Positions 32,848 to 42,899 are shown, counted from the stretch's first letter. The stretch is DNA of 64,000 nucleotides from an uncultured Methanobrevibacter sp. (GCA_900320515.1 ONSJ01000002.1:2334-66333); one strand, 5' to 3'. Program-made: numbers and translations. Notes: generated by a model from the sequence alone, not told the origin.

Positions 32848-33546
32848 TTAATCATCCATCCGTTTAACTCTGAAATTTTTGAAAGTAGGTTTGCCTATAA
32901 CACTTCCACCATTTGAAGTTGCACCAACACTCATTTTTTCATATGAATCCAATAAATCGCAATTAGTGAAAGTTACAGTTCCATTATTGGCTGTGTCGCC
33001 AGTTTTTGTTACAACCAAAGTGGTAGGAGATGTTTTCTTAATGTTGATATGTATCCACGGCGTGGAAGGATTATCCCAAATACTTCTGTGAACAACAGTT
33101 AAGCAGTCATTGTTGTCTCTTTGTACATTACTGCCTAATCCGCTTGTTGGTGATGCAATACAGCCTTCCCATGCGCCCATTAATATAGTATTGGGCAGTG
33201 CCATTAATGTTCTGAACCATTGGTACCTTGTACCATTCCATTTGACATCATAGTCACATTCCCAAAGCCCTTCATTACTCCAACCATCAGCAATACAACC
33301 ACCAATCAATGTTAATTCACCATTTGATTGCGAAACCTGATATCCACTATCCAATCTTGTTGTTGGTGTTGGATGTTCAGATGTAAAAGGAGGAGCATAT
33401 AAATAATCGTGTATAATAAATTCATTTGATGTTAAGCCTTCTGATTCGGCGATGACTGTAACATCGCCATTGCCAGTTGAATTGAAAATTAGTTGTGCGA
33501 TTCCATCGCTATTTATATTTACAGATCCTAAAAAAGTTTTTGACAT
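32848..33546 (-). CDS. Beta-rich, putative virion fibre-associated protein
   Basis: Ig-like N-terminal fragment then a beta-sandwich-like region; no signal peptide; 2 nt from the fibre-like gene. Confidence 0.5.
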   Translation of the reverse strand: MSKTFLGSVNINSDGIAQLIFNSTGNGDVTVIAESEGLTSNEFIIHDYLYAPPFTSEHPTPTTRLDSGYQVSQSNGELTLIGGCIADGWSNEGLWECDYDVKWNGTRYQWFRTLMALPNTILMGAWEGCIASPTSGLGSNVQRDNNDCLTVVHRSIWDNPSTPWIHINIKKTSPTTLVVTKTGDTANNGTVTFTNCDLLDSYEKMSVGATSNGGSVIGKPTFKNFRVKRMDD

Positions 33547-34134
33547 ATTTTTCACCATCAATATGTAAGTAGTCTAAAGCAAAAAAGGAAGGTAATAATA
33601 GGGAAGTTATCCATTAACTCCCCGTTTAGTGAATTGATATGTCACATGTAATAATACAATGCTAAAGTATAAAAATAAGAGGATCACCAAACCACGACAC
33701 GAAAAGGTGACCCAGCTAATGCACAGTTCATTCACTCTATATAATCACGAACTACAGTGATATTTATTGCTATAATGACTTATTAAAGTTATTATGATTT
33801 TTTGGATAAAGCCATATATTACTTTTCAAGTGCTCTCGGGTAAATACCATATATTTATAAGCAGATATTATTGATTACAGTCTACATTGAGACTGTAAAA
33901 ATTTGGTAATGGCTGTTGTATATTCATTATAGGGAGGCTCGTTATTCTACTATTTTTTAAAAAATGCCCTATAATGAAGTACAACTATATACGGCAATTG
34001 GAATATTTTGTGACCGGCTAAAGTAGCGTTAGAATATGAAATACGCGCTGTGTTATATTGAATTCGTAATTGCGAAATGGCGTAATCGTGAAGGCACGGC
34101 ATTAAAAAAAGAAGGTATGCAGGTACTTGAGTAC

Positions 34135-36438
34135 CTACTTAATTGTAATTTTTGCTTTTATTTTATCTACATTTTTTACATCATTATATGTTACTGTTCT
34201 AGTTTTGCTAAGATTTTTCCAAGTTCCAGATTTGAAATGCCACCAATAAGTTGCTTTATATTTGCTTTTAAGCATTGGTTTTTTGTTTTTTAGTAATGTT
34301 GTGGTTACACCATAGTCTCTTCCATTAGCATTATATTTAACATATTTAATTGTTCTGAAAGTGTATTTGCCAACTTTTTTACTTGAATATTTGTCAAATT
34401 TTACAGGAACTGTGACTGTAAATGATTTTGGTTTTTTCTTTTTTGTGATTATTGATTTTTTTACTATCAATTTAAATGTTTTAGAACTGCCTTTATATTT
34501 GCTGTTTTCTAAAAAGGTGACTTTGCCTCTATAAGTTTTAATTTTAGACGGTACTTTGATTTTAATTTTTGCTTCACCTTGTTTAAGCTTAGCTTTGTAT
34601 GTTTTTCCATTAATTTTAAGTTTAACTGTGCCTGAAGGCCAATCTCCACCTATTTTTTTATACACATTAACTGTGATGTATTTTGTAGTTCCATGTTTGG
34701 CCTTAACTGATTTGCAACTAACATATGTTGAGAGTTTGGTAACTTTAAATGTTTGTTTGGTGTAAAGTGCACCATTAGGAGCAATAATCTTTACAGTATA
34801 AGATCCAATTGCCAAATTTTTTGTAAGATAACAATATTCACTATATCCATCATCAGTGCTTACTCCCGAACCATAAGGAGTAAGATATTTATTAAATATG
34901 AGTTTGTTGCCTTTATATAACTTAAAATAACAATTTAAGTTGCCAGTCCAATAAGTGATTATGTCTCCACCTGAATATTTGTAATATGGGGTGGTGATAA
35001 TTAGTTTAGGGAATGTAAAATCAGGATATTGTACATTAGGATTATCATTAATTTCTTTTGACTTAATTGTTACATTAATGGATTTTGAAATTGAATTATA
35101 TTTTTCATCACCTGAGTAATTTATATTAAATTGATGCAAACCTTCTTGGATGTTATTGATTGTGAAATTGGCTTTTCCATTTATTACTTGTGTAGTTAAT
35201 CCATTAAGTGTTACTGTTCCCATTGCATCATTATTTAAACTACAATAGATGATTAAATTTTCATATGCGGCAACATTATTATTAGTTAAACTAAAATTTG
35301 GTGTTAATTTATGAATTTCGAATGAACCACTACTTTCGCAAGGAAGATATAACTCATCTCCATCGTAAATGACTTTAATAGTATGTTTTCCACTTGTTAG
35401 ATAACCCAAATCTATTATATTTCCAACTAAAACAGATTTTACATAATTGTTGTCCAAATAAACTTTTAAATCGCCTGTTGCTATAGAATCAATAGAATAA
35501 TTTATTTTGACCTTTTCATTAACATAATAGTCATTTGAGGCTATTTTAAAGTTAGATGTGATTAAAACATTAAGTTTAGCAGTATCCATTACATAATAGT
35601 CATCAAAATTTTCTAATTTGATTGTGTAAATTCCTGATCCGATTTGAGTAGAATTCACTACACACACTTCATGATTAATATAACTTGTATTTGTATATCT
35701 ACGACTTATTTTTTTATTGCCCTCTGAATCATAAATGTTCAAATAAAAATCATATTTATTATAATATGTGGAATTAGCAGGAGTAATGTTGATAATAACG
35801 CTTTCTGATTCTCCATATTTAATTTTGACATCTTCAACATTTATAGAATAAGCAGTATGGGGCGGTGATGATTTTACATACAATGTAGATGTAGCCATTT
35901 GCTTATCATCATATCCATTAATTATTAAAATAAAATACGTACCTGGACTTAATTGATTTGGATACATATAATATGTTTCTTGAGAGGCAGATACATTACT
36001 ACAGTATCTTTTAGACAATAATGGATGGCCATCATAGTCATAAATTGCAAAAATAAAATTATATTTATAATCATAAATTGAAGAAGCAGATGTGATATTC
36101 ATTAAGATAGTTGCATCGGATCCATAGTTGATTACAACATTTGAAACATTAACAGAATATGCATTATATGGTGGTGAATCACATAAAACATCTTCATTTT
36201 CAACTGAAGAAAGCATATCTTCGTTATCATTTTTTGAATCAATATCATAAACTTCAGGAGAGGAGTTTTGGTCATTTGATACAGCAACATCTGTAGTATC
36301 AACACTATTAACAGAAATTTCATCATTAATTTCAATACCAACTACATCATCAGTTAAATTAGTATCAAATGCACAAACAGTAGCCATAGCCAATAATCCT
36401 ACAAGCAATAACATCAGCATTACAACTGATTTTCTCAT
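34135..36438 (-). CDS. Adhesin-like protein with Ig-like repeats
   Basis: Signal peptide MRKSVVMLMLLLVGLLAMATVCA; repeats V.Y.GD..Y; Lys-rich C-terminal Ig-like domains. Confidence 0.88.
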   Translation of the reverse strand: MRKSVVMLMLLLVGLLAMATVCAFDTNLTDDVVGIEINDEISVNSVDTTDVAVSNDQNSSPEVYDIDSKNDNEDMLSSVENEDVLCDSPPYNAYSVNVSNVVINYGSDATILMNITSASSIYDYKYNFIFAIYDYDGHPLLSKRYCSNVSASQETYYMYPNQLSPGTYFILIINGYDDKQMATSTLYVKSSPPHTAYSINVEDVKIKYGESESVIINITPANSTYYNKYDFYLNIYDSEGNKKISRRYTNTSYINHEVCVVNSTQIGSGIYTIKLENFDDYYVMDTAKLNVLITSNFKIASNDYYVNEKVKINYSIDSIATGDLKVYLDNNYVKSVLVGNIIDLGYLTSGKHTIKVIYDGDELYLPCESSGSFEIHKLTPNFSLTNNNVAAYENLIIYCSLNNDAMGTVTLNGLTTQVINGKANFTINNIQEGLHQFNINYSGDEKYNSISKSINVTIKSKEINDNPNVQYPDFTFPKLIITTPYYKYSGGDIITYWTGNLNCYFKLYKGNKLIFNKYLTPYGSGVSTDDGYSEYCYLTKNLAIGSYTVKIIAPNGALYTKQTFKVTKLSTYVSCKSVKAKHGTTKYITVNVYKKIGGDWPSGTVKLKINGKTYKAKLKQGEAKIKIKVPSKIKTYRGKVTFLENSKYKGSSKTFKLIVKKSIITKKKKPKSFTVTVPVKFDKYSSKKVGKYTFRTIKYVKYNANGRDYGVTTTLLKNKKPMLKSKYKATYWWHFKSGTWKNLSKTRTVTYNDVKNVDKIKAKITIK

Positions 36439-36453
36439 TGTTCTTCCTCCATT

Positions 36454-37302
36454 CTAGTCTGTGAATTCAATTGATTTTACCATTTCTTTAACAAGACCTA
36501 AATCATTGGAGACAATAATTACCATTTCATTGTCGCCATGCAAATATCCTGCATTTGTTCCATCAATGTTTTGTATTCCTTCAACTATAGTAGCATTGCC
36601 TTCAACAGAGGATTTTACTCCTTTTTGAGAGGTTACATTATCCATGAATTCTTTGTAAAATGCATCATCTATTTTTGTATTGGATACTTCTTCATTGGTG
36701 TAGTATACTGCAGCTTCTGTATTGGATGTATATGCAACAGTCCAGAAACCATCAAATGTTGCTTCATTAAGGTCTGATCCCTTTGGAGCATCAATAGTTA
36801 AAACTTTACCCATTTTAACTTTTTCCAAATCATTAGAAACAGTAGTTGCTTCTGTAGAATCATTATTTGTAGTATCTTCAGCCACATCATTACCTTCCAA
36901 ATCGGCACTTTCAGCTATTGCCTTAGCTTCATCCAAATCCTTATCAGTAATTATATACATCTCATCAGTTGAATTGGCAATAACTACATATTTACCATCT
37001 TTTTGAAATACTGTGAAATTACCATCAGTTTTTCCATCTTTTAATCCCAATGAATCAATGTAATCTGCAAAACTTGCACCGTTAATATCATCAGTTGTTA
37101 TATATTGGATGGTTAATCCTTGTCCATCATTACTAGTATACTTATATCCGTCCGCACTTGCATCCGCATAAAATGCATTGCCTGGCACATCTAATTTGAA
37201 ATGTCCATCAAAATCATGTTCCTGTAAATTTACAGCACTAACCGAACTCATTATCATCCCAATTACTGCTGCAAACATTAATATTGTTAGTATTTTTTTC
37301 AT
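36454..37302 (-). CDS. Secreted acidic protein with a duplicated domain
   Basis: Signal peptide ending VSA; two similar halves (FKLDVP...DLDEAKAIAES / LTIDAP...DLGLVKEMVKS). Confidence 0.75.
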   Translation of the reverse strand: MKKILTILMFAAVIGMIMSSVSAVNLQEHDFDGHFKLDVPGNAFYADASADGYKYTSNDGQGLTIQYITTDDINGASFADYIDSLGLKDGKTDGNFTVFQKDGKYVVIANSTDEMYIITDKDLDEAKAIAESADLEGNDVAEDTTNNDSTEATTVSNDLEKVKMGKVLTIDAPKGSDLNEATFDGFWTVAYTSNTEAAVYYTNEEVSNTKIDDAFYKEFMDNVTSQKGVKSSVEGNATIVEGIQNIDGTNAGYLHGDNEMVIIVSNDLGLVKEMVKSIEFTD

Positions 37303-37512
37303 TTATACCACCCCATTTTTATTTTCCACTTAATACCATTGATTCTACGGTAATTATTGTTGCAACTATTGCAAAGATTAGTGATTCTCCAATTCTTCAG
37401 CCATAATTTTTTACCTTTAATTATAAGTGTGTTATAAGTTTGTTATTAATTTATAATTTATGTGTTTTATAATATATATCAATGCCTTTTTAATCGAACA
37501 AAGATATGGTAT

Positions 37513-37788
37513 ATGTGTAATGATGAAGAATTCTTAGAAAAAGTTGCATTTGTGTTAGCTTCAGAACATAGAAAAAACATAATCTTATTCATGGGCTATG
37601 ATTTATACTCTCCTAAGCAAATTGGTGATGCTATAAATGTCAGAACCAATCACATTAGCAATTTACTTGCCCAATTACGAAAATACAATTTGGTATACAA
37701 TACAACACCACGCATTCGCAAAGGCCGACTATACTCATTAACAGATGATGGTAAGAAAGTATTAGAGTATATAAAACAAAAAGAATAA
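37513..37788 (+). CDS. Winged-helix regulator
   Basis: SEHRKNII...SPKQIGDAINVRTNHISNLL...RKGRLYSLTDDG; start trimmed to ATG 37513. Confidence 0.85.
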   Translation: MCNDEEFLEKVAFVLASEHRKNIILFMGYDLYSPKQIGDAINVRTNHISNLLAQLRKYNLVYNTTPRIRKGRLYSLTDDGKKVLEYIKQKE

Positions 37789-37926
37789 GTCATCACTACA
37801 ATATTTCACTTATATAACAATGCAGAATATTATAAATAATAAAAGTAATGCACTGAAACCTGGAACAATCCAGCACAAGGCCATTATTAGAATTCCACCA
37901 AAAATCAGTGCTTCCCATACATTCAT

Positions 37927-38181
37927 TTAATCACCTCCTGTAGTGAAATCTTTTATCTCATATTTGGATCTCGCAAGCAACTCTAAAACTTGATAGCAAA
38001 CATCCAAATCAAAGGTACCCTCATAGACTATCTGATATTTTGGACCTATCATGGCAAGAATGCGCAAAAATCCTTCACCAGTCGCCATATCATCCACATT
38101 CATATAAAATCGATCATACCCATTCATAATTGCTTCTTCAATACCTTCAATAACTTTTAATGTAATTTTAACACTATCCAT
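37927..38181 (-). CDS. Hypothetical protein
   Basis: ORF with GGTGGTG RBS before MDSVK; last gene of the small-gene operon. Confidence 0.65.
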   Translation of the reverse strand: MDSVKITLKVIEGIEEAIMNGYDRFYMNVDDMATGEGFLRILAMIGPKYQIVYEGTFDLDVCYQVLELLARSKYEIKDFTTGGD

Positions 38182-38210
38182 GCTATCACCACCTAAAAAA
38201 ATGATTGTGG

Positions 38211-38858
38211 TTAGTATATATAACCACATCTTTCTGCACAAGCTTCGTAATATCGTTTCAACGAGAATTTCATTGAGACAGGAACCTTAAGAGCCCAAAT
38301 TTCTGTAAATGCATTCCCTGATGAGTTCAATTTAATCTTGACATCACCTACAACAAAATCCCCAAAGAAGGTCTTGTTACAAATCTCATTGACCTTCATT
38401 TCAACATCCTTATAATCAACGAAGACATCAATGTGCTCAAATCTAATAACCTCATATTCACAGTCATTCATCATAGATTCAACTTTTGATTTAATCTTAA
38501 AGTAATGATTGTCATAATCTGATTGCCTTTTGGACATTTCACTTTTCAATACTTTTTTGTAATGATTAATGAATCTCTGTTCATCAGCACGAGTTGATAA
38601 ATGGTGGTTTCTGATGTAATCAAGACATTTGGTGTATCCAGTATTAGGCAGTACAGCAACGGTGGAATTTCCGAATTTCTTTCTTTTAACATCACAGATT
38701 TTTAAAATGGACTCAAATGAATTAACCACATCAAATGTTCCAGTTTTAGAATCTTTTTGTATTTGACTCCTTGCTGAAATTTTAGTTGCATCCCTGCCAA
38801 CTTCAGCTACAACTTTTCCTGCTATATACATACTTGCTAATGCTAATAATAAAGCCAT
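38211..38858 (-). CDS. Hypothetical protein with N-terminal hydrophobic anchor
   Basis: AGGTGA RBS; MALLLALASMYIAG. Confidence 0.7.
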   Translation of the reverse strand: MALLLALASMYIAGKVVAEVGRDATKISARSQIQKDSKTGTFDVVNSFESILKICDVKRKKFGNSTVAVLPNTGYTKCLDYIRNHHLSTRADEQRFINHYKKVLKSEMSKRQSDYDNHYFKIKSKVESMMNDCEYEVIRFEHIDVFVDYKDVEMKVNEICNKTFFGDFVVGDVKIKLNSSGNAFTEIWALKVPVSMKFSLKRYYEACAERCGYIY

Positions 38859-38932
38859 ATATATCACCTATTTTTTATTTTAGCTCACAGTTTTGTGACT
38901 TAAGAGCCATTGGTCAAAGTTCGACAGTTTAA

Positions 38933-39148
38933 TTACACCATAGTGAAGTAAGGTCTCTTATCAATAATTTCAAGATCAAAAACCCCATTTACACATTGCT
39001 CACGCTCCCATATCAGGCGACTAGATGCTTCTTGCGATGTGGTGATGTAGTAGTCAAAAAGCTTCCATCTGCCATTTTCAAATTCATCAATTCTAAAGGA
39101 TACTTCGTATCCAGTACGTGGACTAATAGTTATTCTAAAATGCTTCAT
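38933..39148 (-). CDS. Hypothetical protein
   Basis: MKHFRITISPRTG...; operon context. Confidence 0.6.
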   Translation of the reverse strand: MKHFRITISPRTGYEVSFRIDEFENGRWKLFDYYITTSQEASSRLIWEREQCVNGVFDLEIIDKRPYFTMV

Positions 39149-39208
39149 AACAATCACTAAAAAAAGAGTTTTAGTATTTTTAAGAGGTTCACGCCTCATT
39201 TCAACAAT

Positions 39209-39712
39209 CTACAATACCCATTCTTGTATAATTTTCAACATTTTATTTCTGGCAACAACACCTCGTCTATGCACCTTCTCGGATTCTTGTTCAATTGGTG
39301 TAGATCTTGCCGAAATGAAATCATCAACAATATGTGCTTCTTCATGGAACTCATCTGTTTCTAAGAAGTTTAAAACGTTCTTTATCTTTCCGAAATGACG
39401 CACAATTGCAACTAACTCCGAATCCATCTGCCAAGCAAATATGCTATCATATGGGATTAAATCAGGTTCAAAGATTCTATTAAAAGAAGTAGTGCATTGC
39501 ATTTCCCACATCTGCATAGGTGTAAACTGTATAATGAACATATGTGGAATTAATGACACTACTTCTGAAACAGTAGCATCAAAGATTTTCACATGATCAA
39601 TTAGCTCGCCTTCAATAGTTAAAAAGTAAACACAATGGTTAGAAGTGTTATCATCACTTACAATTTCGACAAGACAGGTTTCATTTGGGACTGGTATTTT
39701 ATCTAATTTCAC
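39209..39712 (-). CDS. Hypothetical protein
   Basis: GGAG RBS, GTG start, 167 aa. Confidence 0.7.
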   Translation of the reverse strand: MKLDKIPVPNETCLVEIVSDDNTSNHCVYFLTIEGELIDHVKIFDATVSEVVSLIPHMFIIQFTPMQMWEMQCTTSFNRIFEPDLIPYDSIFAWQMDSELVAIVRHFGKIKNVLNFLETDEFHEEAHIVDDFISARSTPIEQESEKVHRRGVVARNKMLKIIQEWVL

Positions 39713-39724
39713 AATATCAACTCC

Positions 39725-40057
39725 TTACAAGTAAGAATAATCTCTACAGCAAAGCTTAATGCTAAATTCGGCAAGAGAAGGCATATTATGTTCCTGAACA
39801 AGCAATCTGCAGCCAAGAGTTATAACATACATATTCACAGGCACTTCACTATGTTTGAAATATACTGATTCACAAATTGCCTGTAAATGCTGTAATGTGT
39901 CTTCAGTAATTTCTTCATGAATCAAGTCCATAACGACTGCAATCTCACCATTGTCCTGTCTGTAGGTCTTAACCTCATCTGTCAAGTCATCTACAAATCT
40001 AAAATCGTTTCTAAAAAATCTATTTACTCTTGCATTGTCTAATACAATTTTTAACAC
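39725..40057 (-). CDS. Hypothetical protein
   Basis: AGGAG RBS, GTG start. Confidence 0.65.
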   Translation of the reverse strand: MLKIVLDNARVNRFFRNDFRFVDDLTDEVKTYRQDNGEIAVVMDLIHEEITEDTLQHLQAICESVYFKHSEVPVNMYVITLGCRLLVQEHNMPSLAEFSIKLCCRDYSYL

Positions 40058-40083
40058 TAAAATCAACTCCTAAAAATAGTTAT

Positions 40084-40111
40084 TGAATAGTTTTCTGACA
40101 TATTCAGGTCA
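40084..40111 (-). ncRNA. Intercistronic H-type pseudoknot, copy A
   Basis: TGAC-C-TGAATA-T-GTCA-GAAAAC-TATTCA; both stems fully paired. Confidence 0.75.
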
Positions 40112-40119
40112 CAATCAAC

Positions 40120-40440
40120 CTACAAATACTTCCTACATAAATCAAATACTATTTGGCCATGAAATTTTGCAATCTCGTCCATATCCACCTCCCCATATTG
40201 ATCCCGATGATAACAGACATCATCTCTTATGTGTTGATACACACATTCAAATTCATCATCAGAAATACTTCCATCATTGATTAAACCTTGAATGAATTTA
40301 TCTGCTTCAGATTCACAAAGAACCAATGTATCAGATTCATCTGATTCAAGATTATCAATAATGTCGTCCATACAAATACTAGAGCCAATGTTTAATTCAT
40401 TGTCAATTGCTTTCTCGATTGTTAAATTTTCAAATTTCAT
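40120..40440 (-). CDS. Small acidic hypothetical protein
   Basis: GGAG RBS; D/E-rich 106 aa. Confidence 0.7.
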   Translation of the reverse strand: MKFENLTIEKAIDNELNIGSSICMDDIIDNLESDESDTLVLCESEADKFIQGLINDGSISDDEFECVYQHIRDDVCYHRDQYGEVDMDEIAKFHGQIVFDLCRKYL

Positions 40441-40453
40441 AATTACGTCTCCA

Positions 40454-40828
40454 TTAGATTAACTGTTTTCTTAAATCTCTAATCATCTGTTTAATTTCAG
40501 ATCTTTCAGCTTCCCAGTGCTCTTTTGGGTAGTCACCAATCAAGTAATGAATCAACCATTTAGGCGAACACCACTTAGTGTGATTACTGTACTCATAGTC
40601 ATCAAAGGCAAGCTTCAAACCATCAAAATTGATAGATTTTAACAGTTCAGGACCTGTAAATTCTGCATTCTCAATTGTAACCTTGCTGCAATAGAAACCA
40701 TTGTCAGTATAGACACAAATGTTTGCAGGATTAGTTGCATCAGTGACCGCAATAATGATTTCAGCGGCACCAAATGGCAGATTTTCAACAACATCGTTCA
40801 TTTTGGGTAACATTTTTTCTAACAACAA
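40454..40828 (-). CDS. Hypothetical protein
   Basis: GGAGG RBS, TTG start. Confidence 0.7.
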   Translation of the reverse strand: MLLEKMLPKMNDVVENLPFGAAEIIIAVTDATNPANICVYTDNGFYCSKVTIENAEFTGPELLKSINFDGLKLAFDDYEYSNHTKWCSPKWLIHYLIGDYPKEHWEAERSEIKQMIRDLRKQLI

Positions 40829-40907
40829 CGTTCAAACCTCCAATAAATTGTGGTGATGGTATACAGGTAAAAGTAAAAAATAGATAAAGTGATGGTTAAT
40901 GTGGTGT

Positions 40908-41735
40908 TTAATCAGATTTCTCTTCAAGCAAACCAACAAGGTCAAGGTCATCGATTATTTTTTGTGCAGTACGAATCAATTTGCTTCCCTTATTCTTAAT
41001 CAGTTCATGTGAATTGTTGCCTGCCCAAGATCTGATGTAAGCAGCAGATTCATCATTGGTTATCCCAATGGCAGCTGAGATCATATAGGAGATACATTCC
41101 GCATCCATCTCTTTTGTTGCACTGGTTAATTCATTCCTGTTTTTATCAAAGTGCAAATAGTAATGCGCCATCTCATGAAACAGTACACATATTTTTTGTG
41201 CATCGGGAATGTATTTACTAATCCAAATCTTTTCTCCATCTGTATAACCACGTGTCAATTGTTTCTGTGATTCTATTACTGGAATAGTACATCTTGCAAC
41301 CACATCTGCAAAGGTAATGTCACCATCATACTTCACATAGTTTGGCTCAAATTTTTCACCTTCAGTTTGGCTCAAATCAAACACAGGAACTTTCTTAAAC
41401 CACATCTTACGCTCTACAGTCCCATCTTCCTGTTCCTCATCGAAGAAAATCGGTGCAAGGATAAACAAAGCTTTTTCACCATATTTTACGTGTCTTTTGA
41501 CTTTACCCCAGCGCTTATATGGTGAAAGCAATTCAGAAGTCTCACCTGTCCTTTGGTAAAGTTGTGCATCAGCTAAAAGGATATTATTGATAGTATAGTT
41601 GTGAAATTCACCATCAACAAGTTTCTGAGTGTATTTCCTCATAATTTCATCCATCTTATCTATGTCCAATACCAAGGAGTCACAGAGTGCCATTTGTTGT
41701 TTCCTTAATTCTTTTACAGTTATTTTTTTAGCCAT
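40908..41735 (-). CDS. ArdC-like ssDNA-binding domain + HExxH metallopeptidase (antirestriction-type)
   Basis: FHNYTINNILL...W....RHVKYGEKALFILAP...VFDLSQTEG then LFHEMAH..EMDAE..S..YIRSW. Confidence 0.85.
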   Translation of the reverse strand: MAKKITVKELRKQQMALCDSLVLDIDKMDEIMRKYTQKLVDGEFHNYTINNILLADAQLYQRTGETSELLSPYKRWGKVKRHVKYGEKALFILAPIFFDEEQEDGTVERKMWFKKVPVFDLSQTEGEKFEPNYVKYDGDITFADVVARCTIPVIESQKQLTRGYTDGEKIWISKYIPDAQKICVLFHEMAHYYLHFDKNRNELTSATKEMDAECISYMISAAIGITNDESAAYIRSWAGNNSHELIKNKGSKLIRTAQKIIDDLDLVGLLEEKSD

Positions 41736-41763
41736 TTTAAAAACCTCGTTTATTTATTTAATG

Positions 41764-41791
41764 TAAGCAGTTTAGTGGCATGCTTAGGCCA
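41764..41791 (-). ncRNA. Intercistronic H-type pseudoknot, copy B
   Basis: TGGC-C-TAAGCA-T-GCCA-CTAAAC-TGCTTA; both stems fully paired. Confidence 0.75.
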
Positions 41792-41803
41792 TGTTCAACG
41801 GTC

Positions 41804-42007
41804 TTAAATTCTTGAGAAACTGTCAAGTTTAACATTCAAAGCTAAACTGGAACCATTCTCCCATTTCACGTGTATCTGCCCAATATCATCTACAAACATA
41901 ACTTCACCAACAGTTCCTGAAGGTGGGGCGAAAGGATCATCCATAAAATGTAATTTCACTTTACAACCAACAGGATACATTTTTCTTAAAAATTCTACAT
42001 TCTGCAT
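41804..42007 (-). CDS. DUF4314-like protein
   Basis: YPVGCKVKL..MDDP..PP.GT.GEV..VDDIGQIHVKWENGSSLAL; start ATG 42007 with GAGGTG RBS. Confidence 0.85.
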   Translation of the reverse strand: MQNVEFLRKMYPVGCKVKLHFMDDPFAPPSGTVGEVMFVDDIGQIHVKWENGSSLALNVKLDSFSRI

Positions 42008-42032
42008 TAAAAACACCTCTAAATTAGTTAAA

Positions 42033-42063
42033 TTGACAGTTTTGAATGAGATCTGCCAACTCA
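42033..42063 (-). ncRNA. Intercistronic H-type pseudoknot, copy C
   Basis: TGAG-TTGGCA-GAT-CTCA-TTCAAAAC-TGTCAA (one G-U pair). Confidence 0.65.
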
Positions 42064-42113
42064 AATAATAAAAAAATATAAAAAAGTATTACTAACTGAT
42101 TGAAAAAAAATAA

Positions 42114-42242
42114 TCAATCTTTTTTGTCATGTTTGCAATATTGATGTGTCCAACAGTCAAAATCGCAGCCATCACATTTTGATAAATCGATTTCATCATC
42201 ATACCATGAGGGATAGACTTCATAAGGACTGTAAATTCCCAT
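42114..42242 (-). CDS. 42-aa Cys-rich peptide (below ORF-track cutoff)
   Basis: MGIYSPYEVYPSWYDDEIDLSKCDGCDFDCWTHQYCKHDKKD with GGAGTG RBS. Confidence 0.55.
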   Translation of the reverse strand: MGIYSPYEVYPSWYDDEIDLSKCDGCDFDCWTHQYCKHDKKD

Positions 42243-42245
42243 AAA

Positions 42246-42443
42246 TCAATCACTCCCTATACATCTGCAGCCATTATTGGCTAAATCTTCGACATTAATT
42301 TCTGTAGAACCATTGTAAGTGCATTTGTATGCAGTTTCCCAATGGTAGATTTCATCATTAGAAAATGGTGATGTTGAAGCAAAATCAATTACTTTGATAG
42401 GTTCATCATCAACCAAATTATCACAGTTAAAACACTTACACAT
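42246..42443 (-). CDS. Small Cys-rich hypothetical protein
   Basis: CxxC start; abuts the upstream gene; GGGGTG RBS. Confidence 0.65.
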   Translation of the reverse strand: MCKCFNCDNLVDDEPIKVIDFASTSPFSNDEIYHWETAYKCTYNGSTEINVEDLANNGCRCIGSD

Positions 42444-42881
42444 CTAAATCACCCCATTAACAGCTTCATTTAATTTTGATTTGAAAAATTTCTCCAAATC
42501 ATACTCTGCATCCAGTATACCATATGGCATAGTGTCATCACAACTAATGTCATATTTTTTACAGAGTTTTACGATTTCTTCACAATATTCAACAGTCATA
42601 ATGTCTCCTGTATCAAATCCTTTGTTTGATAATTCATCTGATGCACCTACCATTTTGAAAAATGATATTGCATCAGTTACTAAGTCTTTCAATTGCATCG
42701 CCTCTTTATTAATACAAACAACAATTTCGGAATCATTTGTTCCGAAGATTGTATCTAAATCCATCACTGCAGCATTACAATGGAATGTATCATTAACTGA
42801 AACTTCTCCATCGTAATTGTTTTCGTATACATTGACTGCTCCAAGAACAGCGCCTTTTGCATCAACTACTTTTAAAATCAT
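42444..42881 (-). CDS. Hypothetical protein
   Basis: AGGTGA RBS, 145 aa. Confidence 0.7.
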   Translation of the reverse strand: MILKVVDAKGAVLGAVNVYENNYDGEVSVNDTFHCNAAVMDLDTIFGTNDSEIVVCINKEAMQLKDLVTDAISFFKMVGASDELSNKGFDTGDIMTVEYCEEIVKLCKKYDISCDDTMPYGILDAEYDLEKFFKSKLNEAVNGVI

Positions 42882-42899
42882 TGTATCACCTGTAATTTA

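Noticed and set aside
34027-34037. 11-mer CGTTAGAATAT shared with 56908-56918
   Set aside because: Only two copies with dissimilar flanks; plausible by chance in 64 kb of AT-rich DNA.
31415-34136. Diversity-generating retroelement acting on the fibre-like gene
   Set aside because: No reverse transcriptase ORF and no template/variable repeat pair was visible.
39160-39200. Another pseudoknot copy upstream of the 39148 gene
   Set aside because: It has a GAGG/CCTC hairpin and an AAAAC, but no loop-complementary second stem.
39725-40057. Rpn/PD-(D/E)XK-like nuclease assignment
   Set aside because: Only a vague resemblance; no catalytic D..ExQ/K motif was seen.
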